A stretch of DNA of 64,000 nucleotides from a virus: positions 41,757-105,756 of IMG/VR virus record IMGVR_UViG_3300037011_001068. One strand, written 5' to 3'. A program made the translations under genes and the position numbers. Under the pieces are notes generated by a model, which searched no databases, was not told the DNA's origin, and saw nothing but the letters and a program-made list of their open reading frames with translations. Every line of letters starts with the position of its first letter. The first letter of the stretch is position 1. Positions 9,925 to 18,463 of this stretch are shown one piece after another.

Positions 9925-10113
9925 ATGGATGTGCTGTGCAAGCATTGCGGTAGGCGCGGTATTTTCATTTACTCCACGAGGTTTGGAGGATCTTTTCACC
10001 AGGAATGCTGGGAGGAACTTTTGGAAAATTGGAGGCGTGGGGAGAAAGTCAAAGAGGAGTGGGGGAAAGTGGTTAGGCGTCCAGTCTTGCGGCGGACGCC
10101 TGTGGAGAGGTGA
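9925..10113 (+). CDS. small zinc-binding protein
   Basis: CKHC..HQEC; basic C-terminal tail. Confidence 0.55.
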   Translation: MDVLCKHCGRRGIFIYSTRFGGSFHQECWEELLENWRRGEKVKEEWGKVVRRPVLRRTPVER

Positions 10114-10475
10114 TTGTGGTTAAGGTGCATCCCGAAAAATTTCGAGTGTCTGTTTATACGGACGGGCATTTTTTTTATTTTTACGAGAGCTCTTTTACAT
10201 CTGGCTCTGAAGGTTTTCTCGCTCCTTCGGTTGTGCAGCTCGCGCAATCGATGCGGGTGGAGGGCCTGGATTTAAAGCAGGTGGTGGTGCTCAAGAACAA
10301 CAGGACGGCGGTTTCATTTTTTTCCTGGTTAGCTGGATTATTGGAAGAGGCGCTGGGGATTAGCGTTCTTCCGATGCTTGATTCGGGGAGTGCTGATGAA
10401 CGGTGTAATTGCCCCCAATGCCAAGCGCATTTTGCATCTATGATGCGTGGCGTGGGGAATGGCGTAGTGCAGTGA
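10110..10475 (+). CDS. hypothetical protein
   Basis: GTGA overlap; CNCPQC. Confidence 0.55.
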   Translation: MIVVKVHPEKFRVSVYTDGHFFYFYESSFTSGSEGFLAPSVVQLAQSMRVEGLDLKQVVVLKNNRTAVSFFSWLAGLLEEALGISVLPMLDSGSADERCNCPQCQAHFASMMRGVGNGVVQ

Positions 10476-10482
10476 GTGGAGA

Positions 10483-10737
10483 GTGGATATGCGGGTGGCT
10501 GCTCGGAGGGTGCTTATGGGAGAGCTTGAGATAATCGAGATGTCGGGTCTTCAGGGTGAGCTCATCATGCATGCGTGGGTGGATGATGTGATCTCGCTAG
10601 AAGCATGCATCAAGGCGGCCCTCAATAATACACGTCCGAATGGGCATTTTCGCGTGTTGCTGGATGGGCGAGAGATTACGCAAGATGAGTACGCTCAGTG
10701 GCTTTTCCGAGATAGCGCAATGCCTGTTTCCTTTTGA
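10483..10737 (+). CDS. hypothetical protein
   Basis: ORF in operon context. Confidence 0.55.
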   Translation: MDMRVAARRVLMGELEIIEMSGLQGELIMHAWVDDVISLEACIKAALNNTRPNGHFRVLLDGREITQDEYAQWLFRDSAMPVSF

Positions 10738-10828
10738 GGTTTTCCGACCCGAGGCGGAACCTTCGGGGTGCTCTTTAAAAATGCTCCATGTTGCACAATC
10801 AGCCGTGGCCCCGGGTGACGGGGCATTT

Positions 10829-10909
10829 GTGGGCATGGCTGGCGCGGCTGACAGGACGGGGAGTGCCCCCTTAATGCAGCCGGAGGGTTCGATTCCCCCC
10901 TTGCCCACT
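10829..10909 (+). ncRNA. tRNA-like element (acceptor stem and T arm, non-canonical D/anticodon region)
   Basis: GTGGGCA/TGCCCAC 7-bp stem, GGTTCGATTCC T loop, internal GGCTG/CAGCC stem; no assignable anticodon. Confidence 0.45.
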
Positions 10910-10939
10910 GTTGATCCAGAAATTTGAAGGAGGTAGCAA

Positions 10940-11062
10940 ATGACCAAGGATAGCAGGGATTCTGAGATACGTTGCTCCGGATGCTATAGCGTTCTTCAGA
11001 TTGTGCGGGTGGTTTCAGGCGTATCAATTATTCAGCCATGCCCTGTTTGCTGGGAGAGGTAA
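10940..11062 (+). CDS. 40-aa zinc-ribbon protein (below ORF-track cutoff)
   Basis: AAGGAGG RBS; MTKDSRDSEIRCSGC...QPCPVCWER. Confidence 0.6.
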   Translation: MTKDSRDSEIRCSGCYSVLQIVRVVSGVSIIQPCPVCWER

Positions 11063-11068
11063 TCATGC

Positions 11069-11479
11069 ATGGCAGCCGAGGCGCTTGAAAAAATAGATGC
11101 TTCTTTGCGAGTGCTTGAAGAGTGCGTGATTTATCGTTGGGCTGAGATAGAAGGGCTTATCATAGAGGATCTAAGGCGCCAGGGGCTCTCTCTGCTACCT
11201 GGCTCGTTTTTTATCATGCAGGGATACCAGCAGATTATGGCGATGGTGGCTCCTACGGATCAGCTTAAGGTTAAGGCTATAGATCGGATGCAGGGTATGA
11301 GTGTGATTGCAAGTCCAGAAATTGGGTTGGAGGCTTTGCATGCGGAGCAGGCAACTCCGTTGACGGCAGAAGAGCTGGCGGATGGTCGAAGTGAGGATGA
11401 AATGAAGCGTGTAGAAGAGCTGGCGAATTTATTCTGGGATCCAGAAATGAAGGGAGGAGGCTCCTTTGAAAAATCGTAG
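11069..11479 (+). CDS. hypothetical protein
   Basis: GAGG RBS, 136 aa. Confidence 0.65.
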   Translation: MAAEALEKIDASLRVLEECVIYRWAEIEGLIIEDLRRQGLSLLPGSFFIMQGYQQIMAMVAPTDQLKVKAIDRMQGMSVIASPEIGLEALHAEQATPLTAEELADGRSEDEMKRVEELANLFWDPEMKGGGSFEKS

Positions 11480-11921
11480 TCAGGAGGCTTGTGAAGTATG
11501 TGGAATCGATCTTTTGTCGAATGAAAAAAAGAAGTGCTGCATGTGCCGGCGTGGAGACTCCTACCCACCCGTCATAAAGCCGCTAGTGAATGTTACAGGG
11601 CATTTTTCCCTGCAATTTGAGCTACAGGTGCCTGATGGTGTGGACGATGAGACGATCCAGCAAATCATCGAAGCGCGTCTCTGCGAGGAGTGGGTGGAAT
11701 TGCCGAGGGGTGGCGCTTTTGGTTCAGCGAGGCTCCATGTTTTTCGGCAGGATCCATTTTTGCTGGTGTTGGGTGAGGATGGACGGATGGAGAAGCCGAA
11801 AATATGGGAGGATTGCCGATATAGCCGAGCGGTGAAGCGGGCGGTAGCGCTCTACATGTGGGGGCCTACGTCAGAGGGGATATCGGCGTCTGGAGATCAA
11901 TCCAGCAATTTGGAAAAATAG
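11466..11921 (+). CDS. hypothetical protein with N-terminal zinc ribbon
   Basis: CEVC..CCMC; GGAGG RBS. Confidence 0.55.
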   Translation: MKNRSQEACEVCGIDLLSNEKKKCCMCRRGDSYPPVIKPLVNVTGHFSLQFELQVPDGVDDETIQQIIEARLCEEWVELPRGGAFGSARLHVFRQDPFLLVLGEDGRMEKPKIWEDCRYSRAVKRAVALYMWGPTSEGISASGDQSSNLEK

Positions 11922-11963
11922 GATTGGTTGAGTGGAAAGTAATTTCTGGATCGAGGTTGTAGG

Positions 11964-12277
11964 ATGAGCATATCGGCAGTAACAGAAGAGCAGAATGTCG
12001 ATGAGCTCCTGGAGGTGCTCGAGGCTTCGGAGTCGGAAGGGGTGGAGACGCCAGAGGAGACGGTGTTTCGGTTTGAGGTGCAGGAGATTGTGCGGAGGGC
12101 TATTTTGGATTTGGATTTTCGATCTTGGTACGTGATCGTTAGGAGGTTTGGAATGTACGGGATGAGGGAGAAGCTCTTGATGTGCAGAAGGCGCGGGTAG
12201 CGCAGATCGAAGTCAAAGCATTCCGGTTTCTTAGGTGTCCACAACGATCGCGCCCTCTCAGGTGTGTTTTTGAGTAG
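11964..12277 (+). pseudogene. stand-alone sigma70 region-4 protein, frameshifted
   Basis: ETPEE..L..R...VI.RRFG..G in one frame; LDVQKARVAQIEVKAFRFLRCPQRSRPLR (cf. RpoD [25 protein letters not shown]) in another. Confidence 0.65.
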
Positions 12278-12303
12278 TCCAGCAATTCAGAAAGGGGCAG
12301 TAC

Positions 12304-12573
12304 ATGGAGTTTATTCGTTGTTTTAGGGTAGTTCCTTGAGGGCTCGAGCCGTTCGAGGCTGTGGAGGAGGATGCGGAATTCGGCTGTGAGGGGGTGATCG
12401 ATGATGGGGCTCCTGCGGATCTGATAATTCTTGAACGACCCGTTAATGGGAATATTTGGGAAGAGATATCGAGGAAGGAATTTCTGAATCCGAAAGAGGC
12501 CAGCTATTTTTTAATAGAGCTCGTTGCTGGCAAGCGCCTTTGGGAAGATCAATCCAGCAATTTGAAAAAATAG
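12304..12573 (+). pseudogene. hypothetical gene with in-frame TGA at 12337
   Basis: RBS and ATG 12304 in frame with ORF 12361-12573, separated by one TGA. Confidence 0.4.
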
Positions 12574-12582
12574 GAGGTAGCC

Positions 12583-12777
12583 ATGCCGGAAGTAGTGGAA
12601 GAGGTGGATTATCTGGATGCGTGCGAGAGCTATCTTGGATGGTGCAAGGTATGCAAGGCCTTTACACGCTACAATACCGAGCCGGACGCGGGGGATTACG
12701 ATTGCGAGAAGTGTGGGAACACGGATTCGGTGATCGGGGCTGAGCAGGCGCTTATCACGGAAGAAATCATTTTTTAG
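12583..12777 (+). CDS. small zinc-ribbon protein
   Basis: GWCKVC..EPDA..YDCEKCG; AGGAGG RBS. Confidence 0.75.
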   Translation: MPEVVEEVDYLDACESYLGWCKVCKAFTRYNTEPDAGDYDCEKCGNTDSVIGAEQALITEEIIF

Positions 12778-12805
12778 TCCAGCAATTTTTACCTAGGAGG
12801 CGATT

Positions 12806-13141
12806 ATGGAAGAGCGGAAAAAGGGTTCGTTGACTGAAGCTGGGGTTTTTCGGATTTTGCGGGATAAGGGTTTGTTGGTTGAAGCCAAAGATTCGCGGAT
12901 TCCATGGGACGGGGAACTATTGATTGAAGCCAAAGCTGCTTGGATTTTGCATGACAGGGATGTTTTAAATTGGCGGGGCAAGCTTGCGCGGAGGCTGCAG
13001 TATTTTTTAAAGGAAAATGCCGGGGTGAAAATCAGCTACCGCATGGCGGTGCAAGCGCTAGGATCTGTCTTTGGGCTGGACCAGTATTTAAGGAAGGCGA
13101 TTATTGATCGTCTTCACGAGGCTAAGAAATCCAGCAATTAG
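12806..13141 (+). CDS. hypothetical protein
   Basis: AGGAGG RBS. Confidence 0.7.
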   Translation: MEERKKGSLTEAGVFRILRDKGLLVEAKDSRIPWDGELLIEAKAAWILHDRDVLNWRGKLARRLQYFLKENAGVKISYRMAVQALGSVFGLDQYLRKAIIDRLHEAKKSSN

Positions 13142-13158
13142 TTTCGTGGGAGGTTTTT

Positions 13159-13383
13159 ATGAAAAGCAGTAGGGTTCAGGATGTGGAGCCAATAGCATGT
13201 GATTGGTGCCGTTGGGTAGAGTGATTATCGGGCGGGAAGAATTGTTGCGAGAAGGTGGAGGGGTGTTGGCTTGAGGATGCTCCCCCACCTTGTGGAGGCA
13301 GGTATTTTGATAGCTCCGGAATGTGGGATGATTTACGAAGTTCAGGGTACATGCGGGATCTTTTATCTCGGATTTTTCGCTAG
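13159..13383 (+). pseudogene. Cys-rich small gene with in-frame TGA at 13222; resembles 16452-16643
   Basis: GGAGG RBS; CDWC..*..NCC..PPPCGG versus CLTC..NRC..PPPCGG. Confidence 0.5.
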
Positions 13384-13451
13384 AGAAAAAGAATCCAGCA
13401 ATTGAATTTTCTAAATCAGGAGTGTGGTCGAATTTTCGATCGGAAGGTGCG

Positions 13452-13892
13452 ATGCATATCATTGAAAATCCACTAGATGGAAGCGCGGAAATCAAGTTTT
13501 TAAGAGCAGAAAATGGTGCCCCAATTACGGATGTTCGCTGTCCGGTCGGGTGTGGGGATTGCTGCAAGTATTGGGTTGCAATTAAGGAGCTCCAACATTT
13601 TGTGGTGGGGGTGTCCATCCGAAAAAATAAATGCCCCGCACTCCGAAAGTACGGGTGCAGGTTGAAGCGCTCGAAAATGCCACCGGTGTGCCGAGGATAC
13701 CTCTGTGAGCTCGGGATGCTCGCGTATATGGGGCTTGTGAATCAAGAGGAGATTTCTCAGACGGTGGCGGCGCATGCTCAGAACAGAGCTGCTCAAGAGC
13801 TTAAGAAGGTATTTCCTGTGGAAATGCGGGATATCGCGCGGGGGGCAATTAGTTTAGATGAGTTACGATCAAAAATACGAGAATATCGGTGA
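13452..13892 (+). CDS. YkgJ-family (CxxCxxCC) Zn/Fe-chelating protein
   Basis: CPVGCGDCC, CPAL..GC, PPVCRGYLC. Confidence 0.7.
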   Translation: MHIIENPLDGSAEIKFLRAENGAPITDVRCPVGCGDCCKYWVAIKELQHFVVGVSIRKNKCPALRKYGCRLKRSKMPPVCRGYLCELGMLAYMGLVNQEEISQTVAAHAQNRAAQELKKVFPVEMRDIARGAISLDELRSKIREYR

Positions 13893-14125
13893 GGGAGGAG
13901 TGTGCTGTGGAAGAAAGAAATCCAGAAATTGAGGTAGCGACCGAAGGGAAGAAGCTGCGGACATGCTTTTTGTGCAAGGTGGAAAAGCCTCTCGCTGAAT
14001 ATTATTCCCGCGCGGGGGCGCGGTACGCTTACAGCGTGTGGTGTAAGAGCTGCAGGCGCGTGAAGGCAGTAGAGTGCGTGAGGCATTTGCGGTTGACCAA
14101 AGAGGAGGTGCTCGAATGGACGTGA
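13889..14125 (+). CDS. zinc-finger protein (like HNH/EndoVII N-terminal fingers)
   Basis: RTCFLCKVEKPLAEY..WCKSC. Confidence 0.65.
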   Translation: MREECAVEERNPEIEVATEGKKLRTCFLCKVEKPLAEYYSRAGARYAYSVWCKSCRRVKAVECVRHLRLTKEEVLEWT

Positions 14126-14607
14126 CTTCAGAGATGCGATGGCGGCCGATGAGTAAAGCCCCCCGGTCATGCATCTTGCTCGGGTGGGATGGGCTCGTGA
14201 CGGAAGGGATCCGGGGTGAGGACGGGCGGTGGTGCGTTCGAGGCGCGTATTTTCCGGAGCAAGAATTTCGGGCTTGGCTGCCTTTCCCAGAGGTCTTTCC
14301 TTTTTTTCCATGGGAGCCGGCGCTTGGCATTCAGAAGAGCTCCGAGCAGCCTGTTTTTATCTCTCTCATCATCGAGGCGTTCTCCCGAGAGCTCCAGGTG
14401 CGCTTCAGCGGGAGGGTCCTTGGGATGGTCGTGGAGGAGAGCCTCTGGGAGAAGCTCCGAGCGGAAATACCAGTGGCTTGCTTGGGGGTGGAGACCCGGG
14501 TGAGTATTCGTTCGCCGGTCTCTCTTCTAGAGCTTTCTGGGGTCCTGATCAATACTGAGGTGGGCCCGGTGCGGGTCGTTCGGGAAAGCGAGGGGAGGTG
14601 GCCATGA
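14116..14607 (+). CDS. hypothetical protein (DUF551-like N-terminus)
   Basis: WRPMSKAP...AWLPFPE; GGAGG RBS. Confidence 0.5.
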   Translation: MDVTSEMRWRPMSKAPRSCILLGWDGLVTEGIRGEDGRWCVRGAYFPEQEFRAWLPFPEVFPFFPWEPALGIQKSSEQPVFISLIIEAFSRELQVRFSGRVLGMVVEESLWEKLRAEIPVACLGVETRVSIRSPVSLLELSGVLINTEVGPVRVVRESEGRWP

Positions 14608-14855
14608 GGTTCACGATTGATGTGGTGGCGAAGTGCTCAGCGTGCGGGGGGCTCATGGAGGTTCGGGACATGCAGCCGGATATTCAGGGGTGCGCGGTGT
14701 TCACGGTGGACAATTGCCAGGTGTGCCGAATCGCGCTGGAAAAAGAGACACGCGAAGGTGTTATCCAGAAATTTTTTGGTCGTAGGTCTAAGGCTTTGAC
14801 TAAGGTCTCAACGAAATGCGGTAAGAAGCGGGGAACCAAGCGAGCGAAAGGATAA
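14604..14855 (+). CDS. small zinc-ribbon protein
   Basis: CSACGG..CQVC; GGAGG RBS. Confidence 0.6.
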   Translation: MRFTIDVVAKCSACGGLMEVRDMQPDIQGCAVFTVDNCQVCRIALEKETREGVIQKFFGRRSKALTKVSTKCGKKRGTKRAKG

Positions 14856-14859
14856 TTTC

Positions 14860-15111
14860 ATGGGTGAAAAATTGGGTCCTGGTCCGACAGGTGATTTTTC
14901 GGACGGTAAATTACAGGAGGGTGACGAGGGTGGGATTAACCTGACGATTGCTGCTTGCAAAGGCAGGGTGCTTCTCGAGTTTGGATGCTCGGTGCAGTGG
15001 CTTGGATTTGAGGTACATCAAGCAAGAGAGGTTGCTGAAGCGCTCTTGAAGCAAGCGGCGAATGCAGAGGATCAGTTGCGGGTGGAGGTGCAACAATGCT
15101 TGAGAAATTAG
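14860..15111 (+). CDS. hypothetical protein (paralog pair, copy 1)
   Basis: GRVLLEFG.SVQWLGF...QA..VAEALL. Confidence 0.7.
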   Translation: MGEKLGPGPTGDFSDGKLQEGDEGGINLTIAACKGRVLLEFGCSVQWLGFEVHQAREVAEALLKQAANAEDQLRVEVQQCLRN

Positions 15112-15308
15112 ATGATCAATCCTCTTTCCTTATGGGGGTAAATTTGCAGGAGGGGAAAATTTGCCTCGATTTTGGGAAGCTTGTTCAGTGCATCGGATTT
15201 TATCCAGATCAGGCGGTAGCATTGGCGGATGCGCTGCTTGAAAAGGTGCAGAAAATAAGGGAATTTGAATGCCCTTCAGTGGAGCAGAAAGGCGGGTTGC
15301 TGTCATGA
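15096..15308 (+). CDS. hypothetical protein (paralog pair, copy 2)
   Basis: GKICLDFG.LVQCIGF...QA..LADALL. Confidence 0.7.
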   Translation: MLEKLDDQSSFLMGVNLQEGKICLDFGKLVQCIGFYPDQAVALADALLEKVQKIREFECPSVEQKGGLLS

Positions 15309-15964
15309 GTGACAACGGGGATAAATTGCTGGATTCAGAGATCAAGCTTGAGCCTGCGGTGCTGACAAAAGACGGGGGCGTGACGGTTGAGTACATTTAC
15401 GAGCGGACTTGGACGGCGCTTAATCGTCTGCGGTCATGGGCTCAGATGATCTCTTGTAAATTGCGCCCCCCTGATAAGGAGGGCAGCGATAAAATTTGTG
15501 ACGGCATGGAAGATTTTTCGTATATACAAGATTCCATTGATGCGCTTGCATTATGGGATATTTTTGCTGAGCTCCGTATACATGAGTGTCGTTCTGGGGT
15601 TGTGTGGAAGAAAAAAGTGGAAGGTGAGGAAGAGCGAATTTCCGCTGGGGCTATGGAAAGGCGCATTTCCGAGCTTGCGGCCAAAGGCCCTTGTTCCGAT
15701 TTTCTCAGATTCGATCTTGAGCAGGAATTTTGGCAGAAAATCCTTGGTGGGGAAGCGGCCGCGGAATCGGTGCTTCGGGTGTCACGAGCGGCAGTGGACT
15801 TTCGATTTGCCATTGAGGCGCTTTGTGCGTCTTCGCGGGAGCGCTCTCTTGCGATTACTAAGCTCGAGGAGGCGGTTTTGTGGGCGCGAGAATACGTGCT
15901 CAAGCGGGCATTGCAGGAGGCTTCATGCGGGGTGCTTCGTGGTCTATCTTCCCAGAAAAAGTGA
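15305..15964 (+). CDS. protein with C-terminal Acb2/Tad1-like helical hairpin
   Basis: C-terminal SRERSLAITKLEEAVLWA resembles Acb2/Tad1 sponge proteins. Confidence 0.55.
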   Translation: MSDNGDKLLDSEIKLEPAVLTKDGGVTVEYIYERTWTALNRLRSWAQMISCKLRPPDKEGSDKICDGMEDFSYIQDSIDALALWDIFAELRIHECRSGVVWKKKVEGEEERISAGAMERRISELAAKGPCSDFLRFDLEQEFWQKILGGEAAAESVLRVSRAAVDFRFAIEALCASSRERSLAITKLEEAVLWAREYVLKRALQEASCGVLRGLSSQKK

Positions 15965-16000
15965 GTGGTTCTCTTCGATTGCAATCCAGAAATTTCGGGG

Positions 16001-16029
16001 TTGATTCATGGGGCAATTTGCCTCATAAT
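16001..16029 (+). promoter_or_regulatory. sigma70-type promoter with palindromic operator (copy 2, variant)
   Basis: TTGATT-17bp-CATAAT containing GGGGCAA-T-TTGCCTC. Confidence 0.72.
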
Positions 16030-16046
16030 TGGGCAGGAGGTTGTGC

Positions 16047-16436
16047 ATGATACGCTACATTGATCGAGCCGTGATTTATTATCTGGATTGGGTAAGGGCT
16101 CAGGTGGAGGTTCCGGAGGCCTTCCAAGAGAGGGGTGTAGAGCCGCTAGATCCCGTGTTCTATTTTCCGGCGTATGAGGAATTTCCTGGACCGTGGGATA
16201 TTTTTCTTTATGCAAATAAGATTTTCTCTTTCCTCAGCGATCCCATCTACATCAATCCGAGAAAGATTCGATCCATGTCGGTTGGGGATCTGATTGCGCT
16301 CAAGTTTCGGAATGGCGAGACGGATGCCTTGCTTTGCGGCCTTACCGGGTGGAAATCCCTGGAAGGTAGCGGGTGGTTCGATCGGTTGGCAAATGGCGGT
16401 GGATTTAACTCCGCAGATTACGTTTGCACGCTTTGA
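16047..16436 (+). CDS. hypothetical protein (YodL-like RSMSVGD motif)
   Basis: AGGAGG RBS; RSMSVGDLI..GW. Confidence 0.6.
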   Translation: MIRYIDRAVIYYLDWVRAQVEVPEAFQERGVEPLDPVFYFPAYEEFPGPWDIFLYANKIFSFLSDPIYINPRKIRSMSVGDLIALKFRNGETDALLCGLTGWKSLEGSGWFDRLANGGGFNSADYVCTL

Positions 16437-16451
16437 AAGTGAGGTAAGAAG

Positions 16452-16643
16452 ATGTCATTTGAAAGTGAAATTGTGAAGTATTGCTTGACGTGCCAAAATA
16501 TAATTGCTGGACGCGATGGAAATCGTTGTGCTGTGCATCAAAATCTTTTGATTTTTCCTGATGACGCGTTAAAAGTGCCTCCACCTTGCGGTGGAAAAAG
16601 CTGGGTGATTCAGTCAGCCTTGGAGCTATTATGGCTAAAATAA
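16452..16643 (+). CDS. small Cys-rich protein
   Basis: GAGG RBS; CLTC, PPPCGG. Confidence 0.6.
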   Translation: MSFESEIVKYCLTCQNIIAGRDGNRCAVHQNLLIFPDDALKVPPPCGGKSWVIQSALELLWLK

Positions 16644-16945
16644 ATGTGCTGGTGTTCGAGGTTGGGAGGGTAGGCGTGATTCGGGAGATTGAAAATGAGC
16701 TAAGCAGCTATCAGGAGGTGGTTGGGGGAGATATCGAAGGCTGGGGTTTCCCGGCAGCTATGGGCTACGCGGTGATATGTCGCGATTATGGGCGGTATGA
16801 GTGCCCTCCGAATCGGGTGATTCACGGGCTTGACATGATCTATGGCCCTTTCATGATCGTGAAGGTGGACTCTTCAGGGGACGAGGTTTCTATGAGTAAA
16901 ACGGAAGCGGTTTTTATCCTGAAGTTTTTTTTACAGGAGGGGTAA
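16631..16945 (+). CDS. DUF3846-like protein
   Basis: IENELSSYQEVVGGDIE..PNR..IYGPFMIV. Confidence 0.7.
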   Translation: MAKINVLVFEVGRVGVIREIENELSSYQEVVGGDIEGWGFPAAMGYAVICRDYGRYECPPNRVIHGLDMIYGPFMIVKVDSSGDEVSMSKTEAVFILKFFLQEG

Positions 16946-16955
16946 GGAGAGGGTC

Positions 16956-17261
16956 ATGCTGAAGGACGCAAGGAAGCATTTAAAGACGTTGGGGGGCCTT
17001 CTGGGGGGTCCAAATCATGGTGCTGCGGTTGGCACCATGGCCATGGCAATGGAAGAGCTCTTGGAGGCTGTGGAGGCTCAGCAAGCGTTGTATGAGAAGA
17101 TTTGTAAGGTGGAATTTCTTTTTCAAGACCTCGACCGGCGGGTGCAGGTACTTGAGAGTGGGGAGCTTGAGGAGGGGATCTGCAAGATAGAGGATAAACT
17201 CGTTGCCAGGATCAAGGATCTAGAGCAGCGGTTGGCTGCTCTGGAAGGTTTGCATATCTAA
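16956..17261 (+). CDS. coiled-coil hypothetical protein
   Basis: AAGGAG RBS; heptad pattern. Confidence 0.65.
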   Translation: MLKDARKHLKTLGGLLGGPNHGAAVGTMAMAMEELLEAVEAQQALYEKICKVEFLFQDLDRRVQVLESGELEEGICKIEDKLVARIKDLEQRLAALEGLHI

Positions 17262-17272
17262 GGAGGTGAGGA

Positions 17273-17662
17273 ATGCTGACGGATAGGCCTAAATGCGTGT
17301 ACTGTGGGCGTGCTCTCTCCAGGTACACTCGAGGGTGGGTCCTTCGGGTTAACCGGCAAGAGGATGAGCCGATCGTGGGGCAGCAAGGGGTTCTTGAAAT
17401 TCTCAAGGTGCGAGAAAATGCCTATGGAAAATTCATACGTTACTGGAAGGGGGAACACGGTTTTCACGGGGATGGTTATTTTTGCTCTCAAAAATGCTTG
17501 CATGCATTTGCTTACGTTCTACTGGAATTTTTGGAAGTCAGCGCTGGAGATCATGAGTGGGATATTTCACGGGCGCTATTTATCGCGATTCGGGAAAAGC
17601 GAATGCCTGAGTTTATTCGGGAGGTTTGCGCTAAGGTGCGGAAGGAAAAAAATACTCCTTGA
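17273..17662 (+). CDS. zinc-finger hypothetical protein
   Basis: CVYCG..YFCSQKC; AGGAGG RBS. Confidence 0.65.
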   Translation: MLTDRPKCVYCGRALSRYTRGWVLRVNRQEDEPIVGQQGVLEILKVRENAYGKFIRYWKGEHGFHGDGYFCSQKCLHAFAYVLLEFLEVSAGDHEWDISRALFIAIREKRMPEFIREVCAKVRKEKNTP

Positions 17663-17688
17663 CATCGTAATACGATTCGTAGTATGAT
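17659..17688 (+). promoter_or_regulatory. sigma70-type promoter with overlapping palindromes
   Basis: TTGACA-18bp-TATGAT; ATCGTA-A-TACGAT and TACGA-T-TCGTA. Confidence 0.7.
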
Positions 17689-17727
17689 TAGATCATGGGT
17701 CAAGGAGACCCAAAAAGGAGCGGAAAA

Positions 17728-17934
17728 ATGAAATGCGAATTTTGCTTGAATAGCGGAAAAATAGACCCTGATGATGCACTAGAGGCCGTTGAGAAGGTGT
17801 GGATGCATCGTCCATTCAGCACTCCCGATTGCCGATGGGTGCATCTCTGCCAGGAGTGCATGGACCAAGGGGCCGAGGATGAGGTGGACGAGAAATGCCC
17901 GTGTGGGCATGACTATAAGGAGGAGGGTCCATGA
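17728..17934 (+). CDS. small Cys-rich protein
   Basis: AAGGAG RBS; CEFC, CQEC, CPCG. Confidence 0.6.
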   Translation: MKCEFCLNSGKIDPDDALEAVEKVWMHRPFSTPDCRWVHLCQECMDQGAEDEVDEKCPCGHDYKEEGP

Positions 17935-18245
17935 CCACAAAAGAAAAACAGGTCCTATGCAAGGCTGAGGTCGTCTGGACACAGGCCTGCGATGCCTGGG
18001 AGGATGCCAGAGTGATATGGCGGCAAGAACGTGCGGACTGGGATGAGGCCAGAGTGGTATGGCGGCGAGCACGTTCCGCCAGGAGAGATGCAGGGCCCTG
18101 TCTAGAGGCAGAGGCCGCTTGGCGTCTAGCCCGGGGGATTTGGGCCCAGGTTTGCGACGCTTGGGTTGGAGCTGATGCCGTCTGGATCGAGGCCGAGACT
18201 GCCCTGGCCGAGGCCGAGGCCATCTGGATCGGAGCCGTGTTGTGA
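17931..18245 (+). CDS. Trp/Ala heptad-repeat protein
   Basis: repeated W-x-x-A-x-x-x units; AGGAGG RBS. Confidence 0.65.
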   Translation: MTTKEKQVLCKAEVVWTQACDAWEDARVIWRQERADWDEARVVWRRARSARRDAGPCLEAEAAWRLARGIWAQVCDAWVGADAVWIEAETALAEAEAIWIGAVL

Positions 18246-18448
18246 CTGCCCGTGACGTGGTATGCGTTCGGCTCTCTTCCAAGGAGCGCTCGATCCTCGA
18301 GCGCCACGGGAGACAGCTCGCCGACCAGCTTCGGCGAGATCTCCATCTCATTTATGTGATCGAGGAGGCGGAGCGCAAAAAGAAGGAGAAGGGCGCTAGT
18401 AAATCGAGTTTGACTATCCAGGAGCTTCGGGATCTCCTGGATTTTTAG
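18242..18448 (+). CDS. putative ribbon-helix-helix regulator
   Basis: VVCVRLS beta strand followed by two helices. Confidence 0.45.
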   Translation: MTARDVVCVRLSSKERSILERHGRQLADQLRRDLHLIYVIEEAERKKKEKGASKSSLTIQELRDLLDF

Positions 18449-18463
18449 GAAAAGAGGTGAAGG

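Noticed and set aside
10829-10909. Canonical or suppressor tRNA
   Set aside because: No proper D arm or 7-nt anticodon loop; kept only as tRNA-like.
10915-16000. CRISPR array formed by the recurring motif
   Set aside because: Repeat is only about 10 nt with irregular spacing of hundreds of bases spanning genes; no cas genes.
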